Source: an uncultured bacterium (lineage in GTDB: Bacteria > Patescibacteriota > Saccharimonadia > UBA4664). Taken from it: a stretch of 64,000 nt of DNA. Location: positions 337,026 to 401,025 of the forward strand of contig CAVUEQ010000001.1 of the NCBI GenBank assembly GCA_963740635.1, in the 5' to 3' direction. The position numbers and the translations under genes are program-made. This document shows, in pieces, positions 34,621 through 43,106 of this stretch. The stretch's first letter is position 1. Each line of letters begins with the position of its first letter. Under the pieces are notes generated by a model that worked only from the letters and a program-made list of their open reading frames with translations, did not search any database and was not told where the DNA came from.

Positions 34621-34839
34621 TTACTTAACGATTATTTTCTGGACCAGCGAAGAAAAGATGACGTCGAGACCGCCGAGAAAAGCGGCGAAGACGAGCGAAA
34701 ACGCGATGACCATGAGCGTGAGGCGGATGGTGGCGCGGCGGCCAGGCCAGGTGACTTTGCCAAGCTCAATGCGCGATGCTCGAATGTATTCGATAAAGGG
34801 CTTCGTGGCGCTGGTCTCCGATGGGCCGTGGTGTGAAAT
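34621..34839 (-). CDS. secE: Preprotein translocase subunit SecE (start codon unresolved)
   Basis: Own translation: ..TKPFIEYIRASRIELGKVTWPGRRATIRLTLMVIAFSLVFAAFLGGLDVIFSSLVQKIIVK*. No in-frame ATG, GTG or TTG lies upstream of the TM segment. The 5' limit given is the in-frame ATT, 3 codons after an in-frame TAA. Confidence 0.6.
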   Translation of the reverse strand: MSHHGPSETSATKPFIEYIRASRIELGKVTWPGRRATIRLTLMVIAFSLVFAAFLGGLDVIFSSLVQKIIVK

Positions 34840-34916
34840 GCGGCCAAATTAAAAAAGCCGGGGGCTTTGTCAATGATATTGCCTGAAAAAACGCCAAAAG
34901 TCAACCGGATTCGGGC

Positions 34917-36686
34917 CTAACCTAACCTGATCCAGGGCAGTAAGGCGGTGGCTGCCACCACCAATACGCTGACGGCAACAATGAGGGCGAGCGGTGTGCG
35001 GCGGGCCTCTTCGGGCTGGCGGCTGGAGAGGAGCGTGACCGCGGCGCCGGGGCGGTCGGCGGTGACCAGGGTGCGGTAGAGCATGGACCACCAGGCCGCT
35101 GTCCCCACGCCCATGAGTGCGCCGGCCAGCCAGGCCAGAACGCCCGCGGCCACGGCTACGGCTATCTGGTAGGCCGGCGGCGCCAGGACGGCGATGGCCA
35201 CGCCGACGGCCAGCAGCGGGACGGCCAGTACGGCCTCCGTGAGTAACGCCCCAAAGCGCGGGCCGATCAGCTCGATCCGGTGGCTAAACAGGCTCCAGCC
35301 GAGCTTGGCGGCCGTGGCGGCGCGGTGGGTAGTGAGGGCCAGGTTGACTCCGGCCAGCCCGCGAGAGATCGCCAGAGCGGTCATGAGGTACAGAATGATA
35401 AGGTACGAGGCGAAGAGGAGGCCGAGCTGGAGGTTCGCGTTCATGGGCCAGGATTCGCCGCCGGTCATAAACAACGCTACGCCCGCTGCCAGCAGGGCCA
35501 GCTCGCCGGCGCCATAGCCCAGGTCGAGCCGGAGCCGGCGGCCGAAGGTGTTGACGGCCGTGCCGAACTGCCGGCTGAGGGTGGCCGGCCGTTGGTCGGC
35601 TTCGCGGGCGATGCCGTAAATGATGGCGGTTTGGCATAGGCTGCGCCCAATGTAATAGATAACGGCCAGGAGCAGGGTTTCGGCGAGGAGTTTTGGTCCG
35701 GAATTAATGACGGTATTGGCCAGTTTGCTGACGTCGTGGGTGAGCAGCCACCACACGCCGTAGCCCGCGGCGACGCCGATTGCGGCGGTGCCCAGCGCGG
35801 CCAGGCCGACCAACTTGGGCCGGAAGCGAGCGCGGAAGCTGAAGGCTATGGCCGGGCCGTAATGCAGGGGCGGCACGCCGACGCGGTGCGCATGGCTGTG
35901 GTGCGGCTTGGCCTTGTGCGCGTGGCGGGCGGCCGGCTGGGTCTGGTCGCGGACCGCGGTGGCTGACGGTCCCGGGGGTGTGGTCCTAGGCTCAGGGGCG
36001 GCGGCAGGTTCGGGGGCGGCGGCCGGGTCAGAGGAGGCGGGTTCGGAGGCCGCGCCCGCGGCCGAAGACGCCGGCGGCGATGGACGGCGGGGTGCCAGAT
36101 CGCTCATGCGGCGCGGGCCGGGCGCTGCGGACGAAGTGGCCGCGCGGGCAGTCGCAATCGTAGGCGCTGAGGGCAGAGTGGCCGCTGCGGGGGCGCTGCT
36201 GGCGACTACCCGCGGCACGTCGAGCCGGCCTGCCTTGGGGCGGCCGGCTTTGCGCCGCTTGGGCTTGGCGGTGGGCTGGCCGTCGCCGCCGGGAGTGGCC
36301 GGGTCGGCGCCGGGAACCAGCCGCTTGCGGCCATGAATGATGGGTACACCCGTCGTCCCGCTGGAATCGTGCGCCTCCGAGACCGCCGGGACCGCCGGGA
36401 CCGCCGGGGCTTCGGCCGGCTTGTCTGCCGCTTCCGGTTCGCCGGACGCGGCGGCGGGCATTGGCGTGGCAGCGGCGGCGGCCCCCACCGGCAGTATCTT
36501 GACCCCTTCAGGCAACCCGTTCGCTTGCACTGCCACTTTGGGCTTGCCCTTGGCAGCCGCTTTGGCCGCGGCTTTGACGGCAGCCTTGTCGACCACCTCC
36601 TCAGGTACCATTTGGCCACAGTTAATACAGAAATGCTGATCCTGGACAGCAATAATCTGATCGCTATGGCAGTTTGGGCAAACCAT
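34917..36686 (-). CDS. Zinc-ribbon / disordered linker / polytopic membrane protein, unknown function
   Basis: MVCPNCHSDQIIAVQDQHFCINCGQ (CxxC..CxxC), about 250 aa of Ala/Pro-rich linker, then about 8 TM segments. Confidence 0.6.
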   Translation of the reverse strand: MVCPNCHSDQIIAVQDQHFCINCGQMVPEEVVDKAAVKAAAKAAAKGKPKVAVQANGLPEGVKILPVGAAAAATPMPAAASGEPEAADKPAEAPAVPAVPAVSEAHDSSGTTGVPIIHGRKRLVPGADPATPGGDGQPTAKPKRRKAGRPKAGRLDVPRVVASSAPAAATLPSAPTIATARAATSSAAPGPRRMSDLAPRRPSPPASSAAGAASEPASSDPAAAPEPAAAPEPRTTPPGPSATAVRDQTQPAARHAHKAKPHHSHAHRVGVPPLHYGPAIAFSFRARFRPKLVGLAALGTAAIGVAAGYGVWWLLTHDVSKLANTVINSGPKLLAETLLLAVIYYIGRSLCQTAIIYGIAREADQRPATLSRQFGTAVNTFGRRLRLDLGYGAGELALLAAGVALFMTGGESWPMNANLQLGLLFASYLIILYLMTALAISRGLAGVNLALTTHRAATAAKLGWSLFSHRIELIGPRFGALLTEAVLAVPLLAVGVAIAVLAPPAYQIAVAVAAGVLAWLAGALMGVGTAAWWSMLYRTLVTADRPGAAVTLLSSRQPEEARRTPLALIVAVSVLVVAATALLPWIRLG

Positions 36687-36810
36687 TAGCGTTATTTAAG
36701 CATGATCCAGGCTGAATCTCAATGACCATAGCAGGACCCACCCTCACTTTCAGGCATCTCCAAAGGCAAGGGCTATCGCGGGCCTATTAAGCCTTGAAAA
36801 CGGTCGCAGC

Positions 36811-37128
36811 CGGCGTGCTCGGAGGACGCAGTGTTTCGTAAATATATGGTATAGCTACTTTTATCAGGCATCCGGTGGCCAGAGCCTATGGGGAGCCATA
36901 TTTGCCGAAAAGAGGCTGTTGATTGAAGTGAAATGGGCGTAAGCAGTGGTATGAAGCATGAATGCTAGACTGGGAATAATCCCCCAAAACGGCAAAGCAG
37001 CCAAGGCGCCTGAGCCGTCCATCAGCGTCGCCCAATTGCCCCACAACTAGCGCCGTGATAGCCCGTCTTATCTGTAAAACCCTACTATGACATGAAACTA
37101 CTAACCTCTGCTCCCTCCGAGCACGCCG
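36811..37128. repeat. Inner perfect 15-bp inverted repeat pair (IR-B), nested in IR-A
   Basis: CGGCGTGCTCGGAGG at 36811-36825 and CCTCCGAGCACGCCG at 37114-37128. Confidence 0.9.
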
Positions 37129-37162
37129 TGTGCAGGTGAAGTGATGGTATAGCTGTTTATCA
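36846..37162 (+). repeat. Direct repeat pair resembling an extended -10 element
   Basis: ATGGTATAGCTACTTTTATCA at 36846-36866 and ATGGTATAGCTGTTTATCA at 37144-37162. Each lies 15-20 nt to the right of an IR-B arm. Confidence 0.7.
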
Positions 37163-37281
37163 CTGGGCGTGTGTCAAAAGTGAGGGTGGGTCGGAACTTA
37201 AGCCTGGCGACTTATCCACTTTCGTCCACAGTTTTTTTGTGCAGGCTTACGACAAATGGTGGGTTGTCCTGGGAAGTTTGT

Positions 37282-38964
37282 CTAATTCGTGCGCTGGTCT
37301 GCCGGAAGGGTGGACCCGGCTGCCAGGGCAATGGCCTCGCTGGCCGCCTTGTCGCTCCGCCGGGGCACCAAGACCCGGAAGGTCGAGCCGTGGTTGAGTT
37401 TCGAGGTGAAACTGATTTGAACGCCCATTTTTTCGGCCAACTTGTGGGTGATATAAAGGCCCAAACCGGTGCCGCCGGTTTGGCGGGTGCGGTAATCTTC
37501 CGAGCGGTAGAATTTGGTGAAGATCTTGGATTTGTCGCTGGCCGAGATGCCGATGCCGGAATCTTTGACCAAGAACTCTATGCCTTCCGCGACCGCATGC
37601 ACCCCCAGGGTGACTGTGCCGCTGGTGGTGTATTTGATGGCGTTGGTGAGGAAGTTTTGCAGAATTTCGCGCAGCTCGTACTGGCTGGTGACCATGCTCC
37701 CCAGGCCGGGATCGACCTCGAGTTCGAGTTCGAGATGCCGCGCTTGCGCCTGCGGGCGGTAATCGCGGGCCAGCTCGTTGGCTAGCTCAGCGACGTCGAT
37801 CAGCTCGACCTTGAGCTTGAGGTCGCCGCGCTCAGCCCTAGACAATGTCGTGAGGTCTGCGATGAGCTCGCTCAAAAACACGATGTTCTCATGGGCCTGG
37901 CCTACCAGGGTTTTGGCTTTGGGGTCAATCTTGGCATATCCCGGCAGCAGCGCGGTCGACAGGTTGGCCTCGGCGATGGCCAGCGGCGTGCGCAGTTCGT
38001 GGCTGGTCACGGAAATAAATTCGTCGCGTTCCTCGTCGAGCGTCTTCTCCTTGGTGATGTCGCGGAAAACGGCCATGTAGCCGCCCCAGTTGCTGCGGTC
38101 GTAGCCAAAGACATGCACCGGAGTCACAGTCAGGTCCAGGATCAGCTTGGAGCCGTCCGGGGCTTGGTAGTGCAGGTCCTGGCGGTTGACGGAGTGCTCT
38201 TCACTGACAATGAGGTGGAGCAAGTTGACGCGGTGGCCGGATTTGTCTTCGAGGGGCAGTAATGCGTTGATGGGCTGGCCGTTGATATCGCGGTTGGTAT
38301 TCAGCAGCTCGAGCGCGGCCGCGTTGTAGAGGTAGACCTTCCCCTCTTCGTTGATGGCCAGCACGGCGTTACTTAAGGAATTAATGAGGCTGAGCAAACG
38401 CTGGCGCTCGTTTTCGATGCGGCGGGTGAAGCGCCCTTCGAGCAGGTATTCTTCGTCGCGGCTGCGAACGGATTGCTCAGCCACGAGGCTGAAAATAATT
38501 AAGATCACGAGCTTGATGATGAACACAAACTCCGGGGCGTTGGGTTCGGGCAAAAGCTGGACCCGCAGCAAAAAGAGCGTAATTACCACCTGGGTGCTGA
38601 GCGAAAACGCGAATCCGGCGATGCCGTAGCTGGCGATGGTGCCGATGATCAACAGATAGAATAGCGGATAATAGGGGCTGGCGAGGCCGCCGGTGAGAAA
38701 GATGAGGCCCAGGACGAAGCCGTGGTCGACGGCCAGGGAGTTGGCGCGGGAGCCAAAGAAATCGTGGTCCCGCAGCTTGCGGCTGTAGCGCAACAGGTTG
38801 TAGAGGGCCGTGAACACTACCATCGTGAGGATGATGAGGTTGTTGGCGCCGTCGAACGGGTAGGTAATGAAAACTAGCGCCAACACAATCCAGCGGACGT
38901 TGCGGCTAGACGTCTCGTAATATTCGTCCCGGTCATATACGGGTCGCTTGAGCTGTGCCCTCAT
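37282..38964 (-). CDS. Membrane sensor histidine kinase (N-terminal multi-TM domain, PAS, HisKA, HATPase)
   Basis: About 6 TM segments, PAS-like LSNAVLAINEEGKVYLYN.., H-box FISVTSHELRTPLAI, N/G boxes (NFLTNAIKYT, DSGIGI, GGTGLGL). Confidence 0.85.
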   Translation of the reverse strand: MRAQLKRPVYDRDEYYETSSRNVRWIVLALVFITYPFDGANNLIILTMVVFTALYNLLRYSRKLRDHDFFGSRANSLAVDHGFVLGLIFLTGGLASPYYPLFYLLIIGTIASYGIAGFAFSLSTQVVITLFLLRVQLLPEPNAPEFVFIIKLVILIIFSLVAEQSVRSRDEEYLLEGRFTRRIENERQRLLSLINSLSNAVLAINEEGKVYLYNAAALELLNTNRDINGQPINALLPLEDKSGHRVNLLHLIVSEEHSVNRQDLHYQAPDGSKLILDLTVTPVHVFGYDRSNWGGYMAVFRDITKEKTLDEERDEFISVTSHELRTPLAIAEANLSTALLPGYAKIDPKAKTLVGQAHENIVFLSELIADLTTLSRAERGDLKLKVELIDVAELANELARDYRPQAQARHLELELEVDPGLGSMVTSQYELREILQNFLTNAIKYTTSGTVTLGVHAVAEGIEFLVKDSGIGISASDKSKIFTKFYRSEDYRTRQTGGTGLGLYITHKLAEKMGVQISFTSKLNHGSTFRVLVPRRSDKAASEAIALAAGSTLPADQRTN

Positions 38965-38998
38965 ATGCTTTTAGCTTAACTGTTTTACAGGGCTGGGG

Positions 38999-39571
38999 CT
39001 AGTGCCGGCGGCGTTTGTGCTTGCGCGATTTTTGTTTGGGGGTGGTGGCTTGGATTTCAGGCTCGGGGCCGGGGGCTGGTTCGGGGGTGGAGTCAGCTTC
39101 GGGCTCTTGTATGGTGCGTACTGCCGGCCGAGGGGCAATCCGATTTTCAGCGAAGCGGCGGCGGTCACGCATCACAATTGCGCCGAGTCCAATTACTACG
39201 GCGATGGCCAGCGTTAAACCGAGCCAGGTCCAATTGTTGGCCGGGCTGCCGGTTTGCTGATGCGGCCCGTCGCCTTCGGTGGAGAGCACCTGAAGCTGGT
39301 CGGTGCTGGGTGCAGCCCCTTGGAGGGCGTTCGAGGGCGCGGTGAGGCCGGAGGAGTCGTTGGTGGTGGATTGCAGAGGTGAATTGCCGGCCGGCTGCAG
39401 CGAACCGGCGTCGGCGTTGGAGCCGCCCGCACCCGCGCCGCCGCTACTGGATTGCGGCCCGAGGCCGGCCGAGCTGGCTGAGTCAGGGGCTGGGGCCGGG
39501 GCGGTGTCATCGGCCAAGGCCACGGCCGGCATGAATGCCAGGAGGAGCGAGATCAGGAGGCGTTTGGACAT
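38999..39571 (-). CDS. Exported low-complexity protein with a C-terminal membrane anchor, hypothetical
   Basis: Trimmed to MSKRLLISLLLAFMPAVALA (signal peptide; ATG 39569-39571). Ser/Gly/Ala-rich, one TM segment (WTWLGLTLAIAVVIGLGAIV), basic tail. Confidence 0.5.
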   Translation of the reverse strand: MSKRLLISLLLAFMPAVALADDTAPAPAPDSASSAGLGPQSSSGGAGAGGSNADAGSLQPAGNSPLQSTTNDSSGLTAPSNALQGAAPSTDQLQVLSTEGDGPHQQTGSPANNWTWLGLTLAIAVVIGLGAIVMRDRRRFAENRIAPRPAVRTIQEPEADSTPEPAPGPEPEIQATTPKQKSRKHKRRRH

Positions 39572-39653
39572 GCAGATATTGTACTGGTTTGAGTCCATGC
39601 CCACAAACAAAAGAACCCCGTTTGCGGGATTCCTTGTTGAATAATTACGTGGT

Positions 39654-39690
39654 GCCGGAGGCAGCGGCCCGATGAGCCACTGCCTCCGGC
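39654..39690 (-). terminator. GC-rich hairpin downstream of the 39711-40187 gene
   Basis: GCCGGAGGCAG (39654-39664) / CTGCCTCCGGC (39680-39690): 11-bp stem, 15-nt loop. Weak U-tract. Confidence 0.45.
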
Positions 39691-39710
39691 TTTGCACCTT
39701 GTACCACATG

Positions 39711-40187
39711 TCACCTGCTCGGGGCGCCTTCCTGGCCGGTCGCTGAGGCCGGTTCGGCTCGGAGCGCTCGGACGTCGAACGCCACGTTCGAGATGGCGAA
39801 GAACGCCGACGCGTTTGTGGCGGAGACCGCGACGTAGGCGAACGACATCCCGTGACCCCAGCCAATCTGCGCGAGGTCGATCACCACGATGAACGTGGTG
39901 ATGCCGGTAGCCCACGTGCACAACCGGGACACCTTGCTCAGCCGGTCGTAGGGCATCTCGAGGAGGCGAGGCATGGCCAGGACACCACCGGCCTTGTGGG
40001 CCACAATGTAGCTGGCTGCTGCCAGGAGTACCGCTGCCACGAGGAATCCGAAGGCGCGGCCGGTGCCGGAGTGGCTTTGAGCCGGCGCGACATGTGCGAT
40101 GTAGAGTCCGGCCAGGGCGAGACCCGTGGCCGCGATTGCGGCGCGGGCGTTCTTGGTACGGCGAGACGGGCGGTTGGTACTGGTCAT
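39711..40187 (-). CDS. Hypothetical 4-TM membrane protein
   Basis: 158 aa with four hydrophobic segments. No family recognised. Confidence 0.5.
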   Translation of the reverse strand: MTSTNRPSRRTKNARAAIAATGLALAGLYIAHVAPAQSHSGTGRAFGFLVAAVLLAAASYIVAHKAGGVLAMPRLLEMPYDRLSKVSRLCTWATGITTFIVVIDLAQIGWGHGMSFAYVAVSATNASAFFAISNVAFDVRALRAEPASATGQEGAPSR

Positions 40188-40197
40188 GGTGTGCTCC

Positions 40198-40425
40198 TTA
40201 CGTAGAGTAGGCTTTGGCCAGCTGCCTCATAGTCATGCCTAGGGTGATGAAGGTGACACCAGCGAAATTTACGGTGCCGATGTCGTAGTCGATCAGGAAC
40301 ATGCCATAAAGGACCAGCATGCCTCCTGTAAAGCGGTTAAACCGCCAGATCAGTTTCGTCATGCCGGCTCCCCGGGGTCGTAGGTGGTAGTAGGTGCTTC
40401 TAAACACGGCAAAACAGTTTGCCAT
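40198..40425 (-). CDS. Small 2-TM membrane protein, hypothetical
   Basis: Probable start at MTKLIWRF.. (ATG 40360-40362). Sits 10 nt upstream of the next membrane gene. Confidence 0.35.
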   Translation of the reverse strand: MANCFAVFRSTYYHLRPRGAGMTKLIWRFNRFTGGMLVLYGMFLIDYDIGTVNFAGVTFITLGMTMRQLAKAYST

Positions 40426-40475
40426 GCGAAACTATTATATAATACTCATGCCTAACGGTCAAGTATATCGGGCGT

Positions 40476-42314
40476 CTATGACCGGTTGCGTTTGCGCTCG
40501 ATGTTGGTGAGGTAACGCTTGCGCATGCGAATATTCTCGGGCGTAATCTCGAGCAACTCGTCGTTTTCGATGAAATCGAGAGCTTCCTCTAGTGTGAGGT
40601 CAGTGAAGGGTGTGAGCTGGGTCTTCATGTCGGTGGACGATGCGCGGACGTTGGTGAGTTTCTTTTCTTTGGTGACGTTGATTTCCATATCTTCGCCGCG
40701 GCGGTTGAGGCCGATGATCATGCCCTCATAGACCAAGGTAGCCGGCCCGATGAAAGCCGTGCCGCGTTCCTCGACGGTTTCGAGACTGTAGGTAGTGGCG
40801 GCGCCGGTTTCGGCCGAGATGAGAACTCCGTTGCGCAATTGCTGAAGCGCCGGAGCGACGGGTTCATAGCCGGCGAGCAGACTATTGGCGATGGCCGTGC
40901 CTTTGGTGCTTGTGAGCAGCACGTTGCGCAGGCCGAGCAGGGCGCGGGTGGGCAGGGTGAAGACGAGGCGCGTGGTGGCCTTGGTGGTGGGCTCCATGGT
41001 GACGAGGTTGGCGCGGCGGCGGCCGAGTTCGGAGGTGACGGCGCCCACGAATTCCTCGGGGACCTCGACCGTCAGCTCTTCGATGGGCTCGACGGTGCGG
41101 CCGTTTTCTTCCTTGGTGACCACTTGCGGGCGGCCGACTTCGAGCTCGTAGCCCTCGCGGCGCAGAGTTTCGATAAGGACTGAGAGGTGCAGCTCACCGC
41201 GTCCGGATACCAGGAAGTCGGTGCCGCGGTCGACCGCGCGCAGGCCCACGTTGGTTTCGAGCTCGCGCTCGAGGCGGGTGCCGATTTGACGGCTGGTGGT
41301 GTACTTGCCCTCGCGCCCGGCGAACGGGCTGGTATTGGGGCCGACCTGAATCTGCAGCGTGGGCGCTTCGATTTCCATGACCGGCAGGGGCTCGGGGTTG
41401 CCGGGGGCCGTGAGCGTGCCGCCGATGTTGGCCGCTCCCACGCCGGTGATCCAGACGATGTCGCCGGCCACGGCCTCGGTGACCTCAACCCGCTCCAGGC
41501 CACTCGCCACGAACAGCTTGTCGGATTTGGCGTTCGAAACGGTGCCGTCGCGGTGGATGTAGGCCAGCGGAGTGTTCGGGGTAAGGCGGCCGCGCTGAAT
41601 CCGGCCGATTGAGTACTTGCCCTGATACGAGTCCCAGGCCAGCGATGTCACGAGCATCTGGAAGTCGCCGTCCAAGTCGGCAGCCGGGGCTGGAATGTCG
41701 TTGATAATGGCGTTGAATATGGGGTTAAGGTCGGCCGCGGCGTCGATTTCGGTCTCGGTGGGCAGGTGGTCCCACGCTTTGCCGTCGCGGCCGATAGCGT
41801 AATACACGGGAAATTCTAATTGGTCATCGGACACTGCGAGATCGAGGAACAGATGCTCGACCTCGCTCACGACTTCGGCGATGCGCGAGTCCCGTTTGTC
41901 GATTTTGTTGACCACTACCACGGGCTGCAGGCCGAGAGCCAGCGCCCGCGACAGCACGAATTTGGTCTGCGGCATAGGGCCTTCCTGGGCGTCCACGATC
42001 AGTAGGCAGCCGTCGGCCATGTTGAGCGTGCGCTCCACTTCCCCGCTGAAATCCGCGTGGCCGGGCGTGTCGATGATGTTGATCTTGTAGCCGTCGTGAT
42101 TGACCGCGATGGTCTTGGCCGAAATCGTAATCCCCCGCTCGCGCTCCAGGTCGCCGGTGTCGAGGATAGCAGTTTGCTGCATTTCGGCTTGGTTATCGCG
42201 AAAAGTACCCGCTTGCTTCAGCAGGCCGTCCACTAGGGTGGTTTTGCCGTGGTCAACATGCGCGATGATGGCGACGTTGCGGATTTGGCCGGTTTTGATC
42301 TGGGTGGGGTTCAT
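40476..42314 (-). CDS. typA: Translational GTPase TypA/BipA
   Basis: [19 protein letters not shown].., [13 protein letters not shown]; 612 aa. Confidence 0.95.
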   Translation of the reverse strand: MNPTQIKTGQIRNVAIIAHVDHGKTTLVDGLLKQAGTFRDNQAEMQQTAILDTGDLERERGITISAKTIAVNHDGYKINIIDTPGHADFSGEVERTLNMADGCLLIVDAQEGPMPQTKFVLSRALALGLQPVVVVNKIDKRDSRIAEVVSEVEHLFLDLAVSDDQLEFPVYYAIGRDGKAWDHLPTETEIDAAADLNPIFNAIINDIPAPAADLDGDFQMLVTSLAWDSYQGKYSIGRIQRGRLTPNTPLAYIHRDGTVSNAKSDKLFVASGLERVEVTEAVAGDIVWITGVGAANIGGTLTAPGNPEPLPVMEIEAPTLQIQVGPNTSPFAGREGKYTTSRQIGTRLERELETNVGLRAVDRGTDFLVSGRGELHLSVLIETLRREGYELEVGRPQVVTKEENGRTVEPIEELTVEVPEEFVGAVTSELGRRRANLVTMEPTTKATTRLVFTLPTRALLGLRNVLLTSTKGTAIANSLLAGYEPVAPALQQLRNGVLISAETGAATTYSLETVEERGTAFIGPATLVYEGMIIGLNRRGEDMEINVTKEKKLTNVRASSTDMKTQLTPFTDLTLEEALDFIENDELLEITPENIRMRKRYLTNIERKRNRS

Positions 42315-42477
42315 GTCAGCTCACATTAAAACGCCGGGGAACAAGCCCGCGGCGCGGTTCGTATCGTTTTTATTCTAACATATCCGCTTGCGTTTGTCAC
42401 TACGAAATGTAACCCGCCCCTGGCGCCCCCAACGGGACGCCAGGCGACGGGCGTGGATGGCCCACAAAGCGAGTTGA

Positions 42478-42993
42478 TCATGCGGCGCGCCTGGGACCGA
42501 GCAAACGGGCGAGGGTCGCAGCGGCTATCACCATCCCAGCCGGCGTTTCACGCCCGAGCTCTTCCTTCAGCCATAGCGAAACTTTAGCTCTCCGTAACGG
42601 CGATGACATTTCGACTTTGCCGTTTGCGAGCTCGGCCAGCACGGCAATTTCTGTCTTGGGGAGCCCGTCCTCATGGAGGAGGGTATGCAGCGTGTTCTCG
42701 CAGACCATGAGCTGGTCTAGCTCCGACTTCAGGCCCAGAGCCTCAAGTGTATCGAGGAGCTCGAAGTCGCCGGAGATGGCCTCGACCAGCACGCCGCCGA
42801 CGCTGACGCCGCCTAGAATCCGTTGGGCCTCTTCGCGCATCTTCATGAACTGCCTTTCGCTCAGACCAAGGCGCGTACGGATGTCTTTCGCGGTCTTTCC
42901 GACGGCGTAGTAGGCGATCATCGCCTCCTGTTTGTCGGATAGTTCCCGAACAGGCTTCCTGCTGGGTCTTGCTGCCAAGCTGGGTTTGCTCAT
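42478..42993 (-). CDS. Putative LuxR/sigma-region-4-type HTH protein
   Basis: Trimmed to MSKPSL.. (ATG 42991-42993). ..LSDKQEAMIAYYAVGKTAKDIRTRLGLSERQFMKMREEAQRIL.. resembles a LuxR-type HTH. Confidence 0.45.
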   Translation of the reverse strand: MSKPSLAARPSRKPVRELSDKQEAMIAYYAVGKTAKDIRTRLGLSERQFMKMREEAQRILGGVSVGGVLVEAISGDFELLDTLEALGLKSELDQLMVCENTLHTLLHEDGLPKTEIAVLAELANGKVEMSSPLRRAKVSLWLKEELGRETPAGMVIAAATLARLLGPRRAA

Positions 42994-43106
42994 GATGGGC
43001 TCCAAGCTGTCAAAGGTGCCCCGGGTGGACACTAAGGCGATTATCAAACATTCCAATGCTTGTGTCAATTTGAATGATGCGTCCGGATGTGGTAAAAGTT
43101 ATCGGT

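Larger units (their letters stand above)
36735..37192. repeat. Outer perfect 16-bp inverted repeat pair (IR-A)
   Basis: GACCCACCCTCACTTT at 36735-36750 and AAAGTGAGGGTGGGTC at 37177-37192. Confidence 0.9.

Noticed and set aside
36985-37020. AGCAGCCAAGG in the non-coding region resembles the conserved SRP RNA domain IV string.
   Set aside because: The flanking sequence cannot form the GNRA-capped helix 8 (there is no GGUCC-GGAA-GG context). The match is only about 11 nt.
36864-37046. 60-aa minus-strand ORF with a hydrophobic segment inside the repeat region (possible type I toxin).
   Set aside because: It has a TTG start, no RBS, no recognisable family and an unremarkable composition. Support is insufficient.
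36770-37066. An additional 8-bp inverted match, GGGCTATC / GATAGCCC, that would form a pseudoknot with IR-B.
   Set aside because: An 8-mer inverted match is expected by chance in a region of about 460 bp. It is not used as evidence.
36735-37192. The IR-A-bounded 458-bp unit as a MITE.
   Set aside because: There is no target-site duplication at the flanks (..CATAGCAG | ..GGAACTTA), and no second copy exists in the window. It is kept only as an alternative in the finding.
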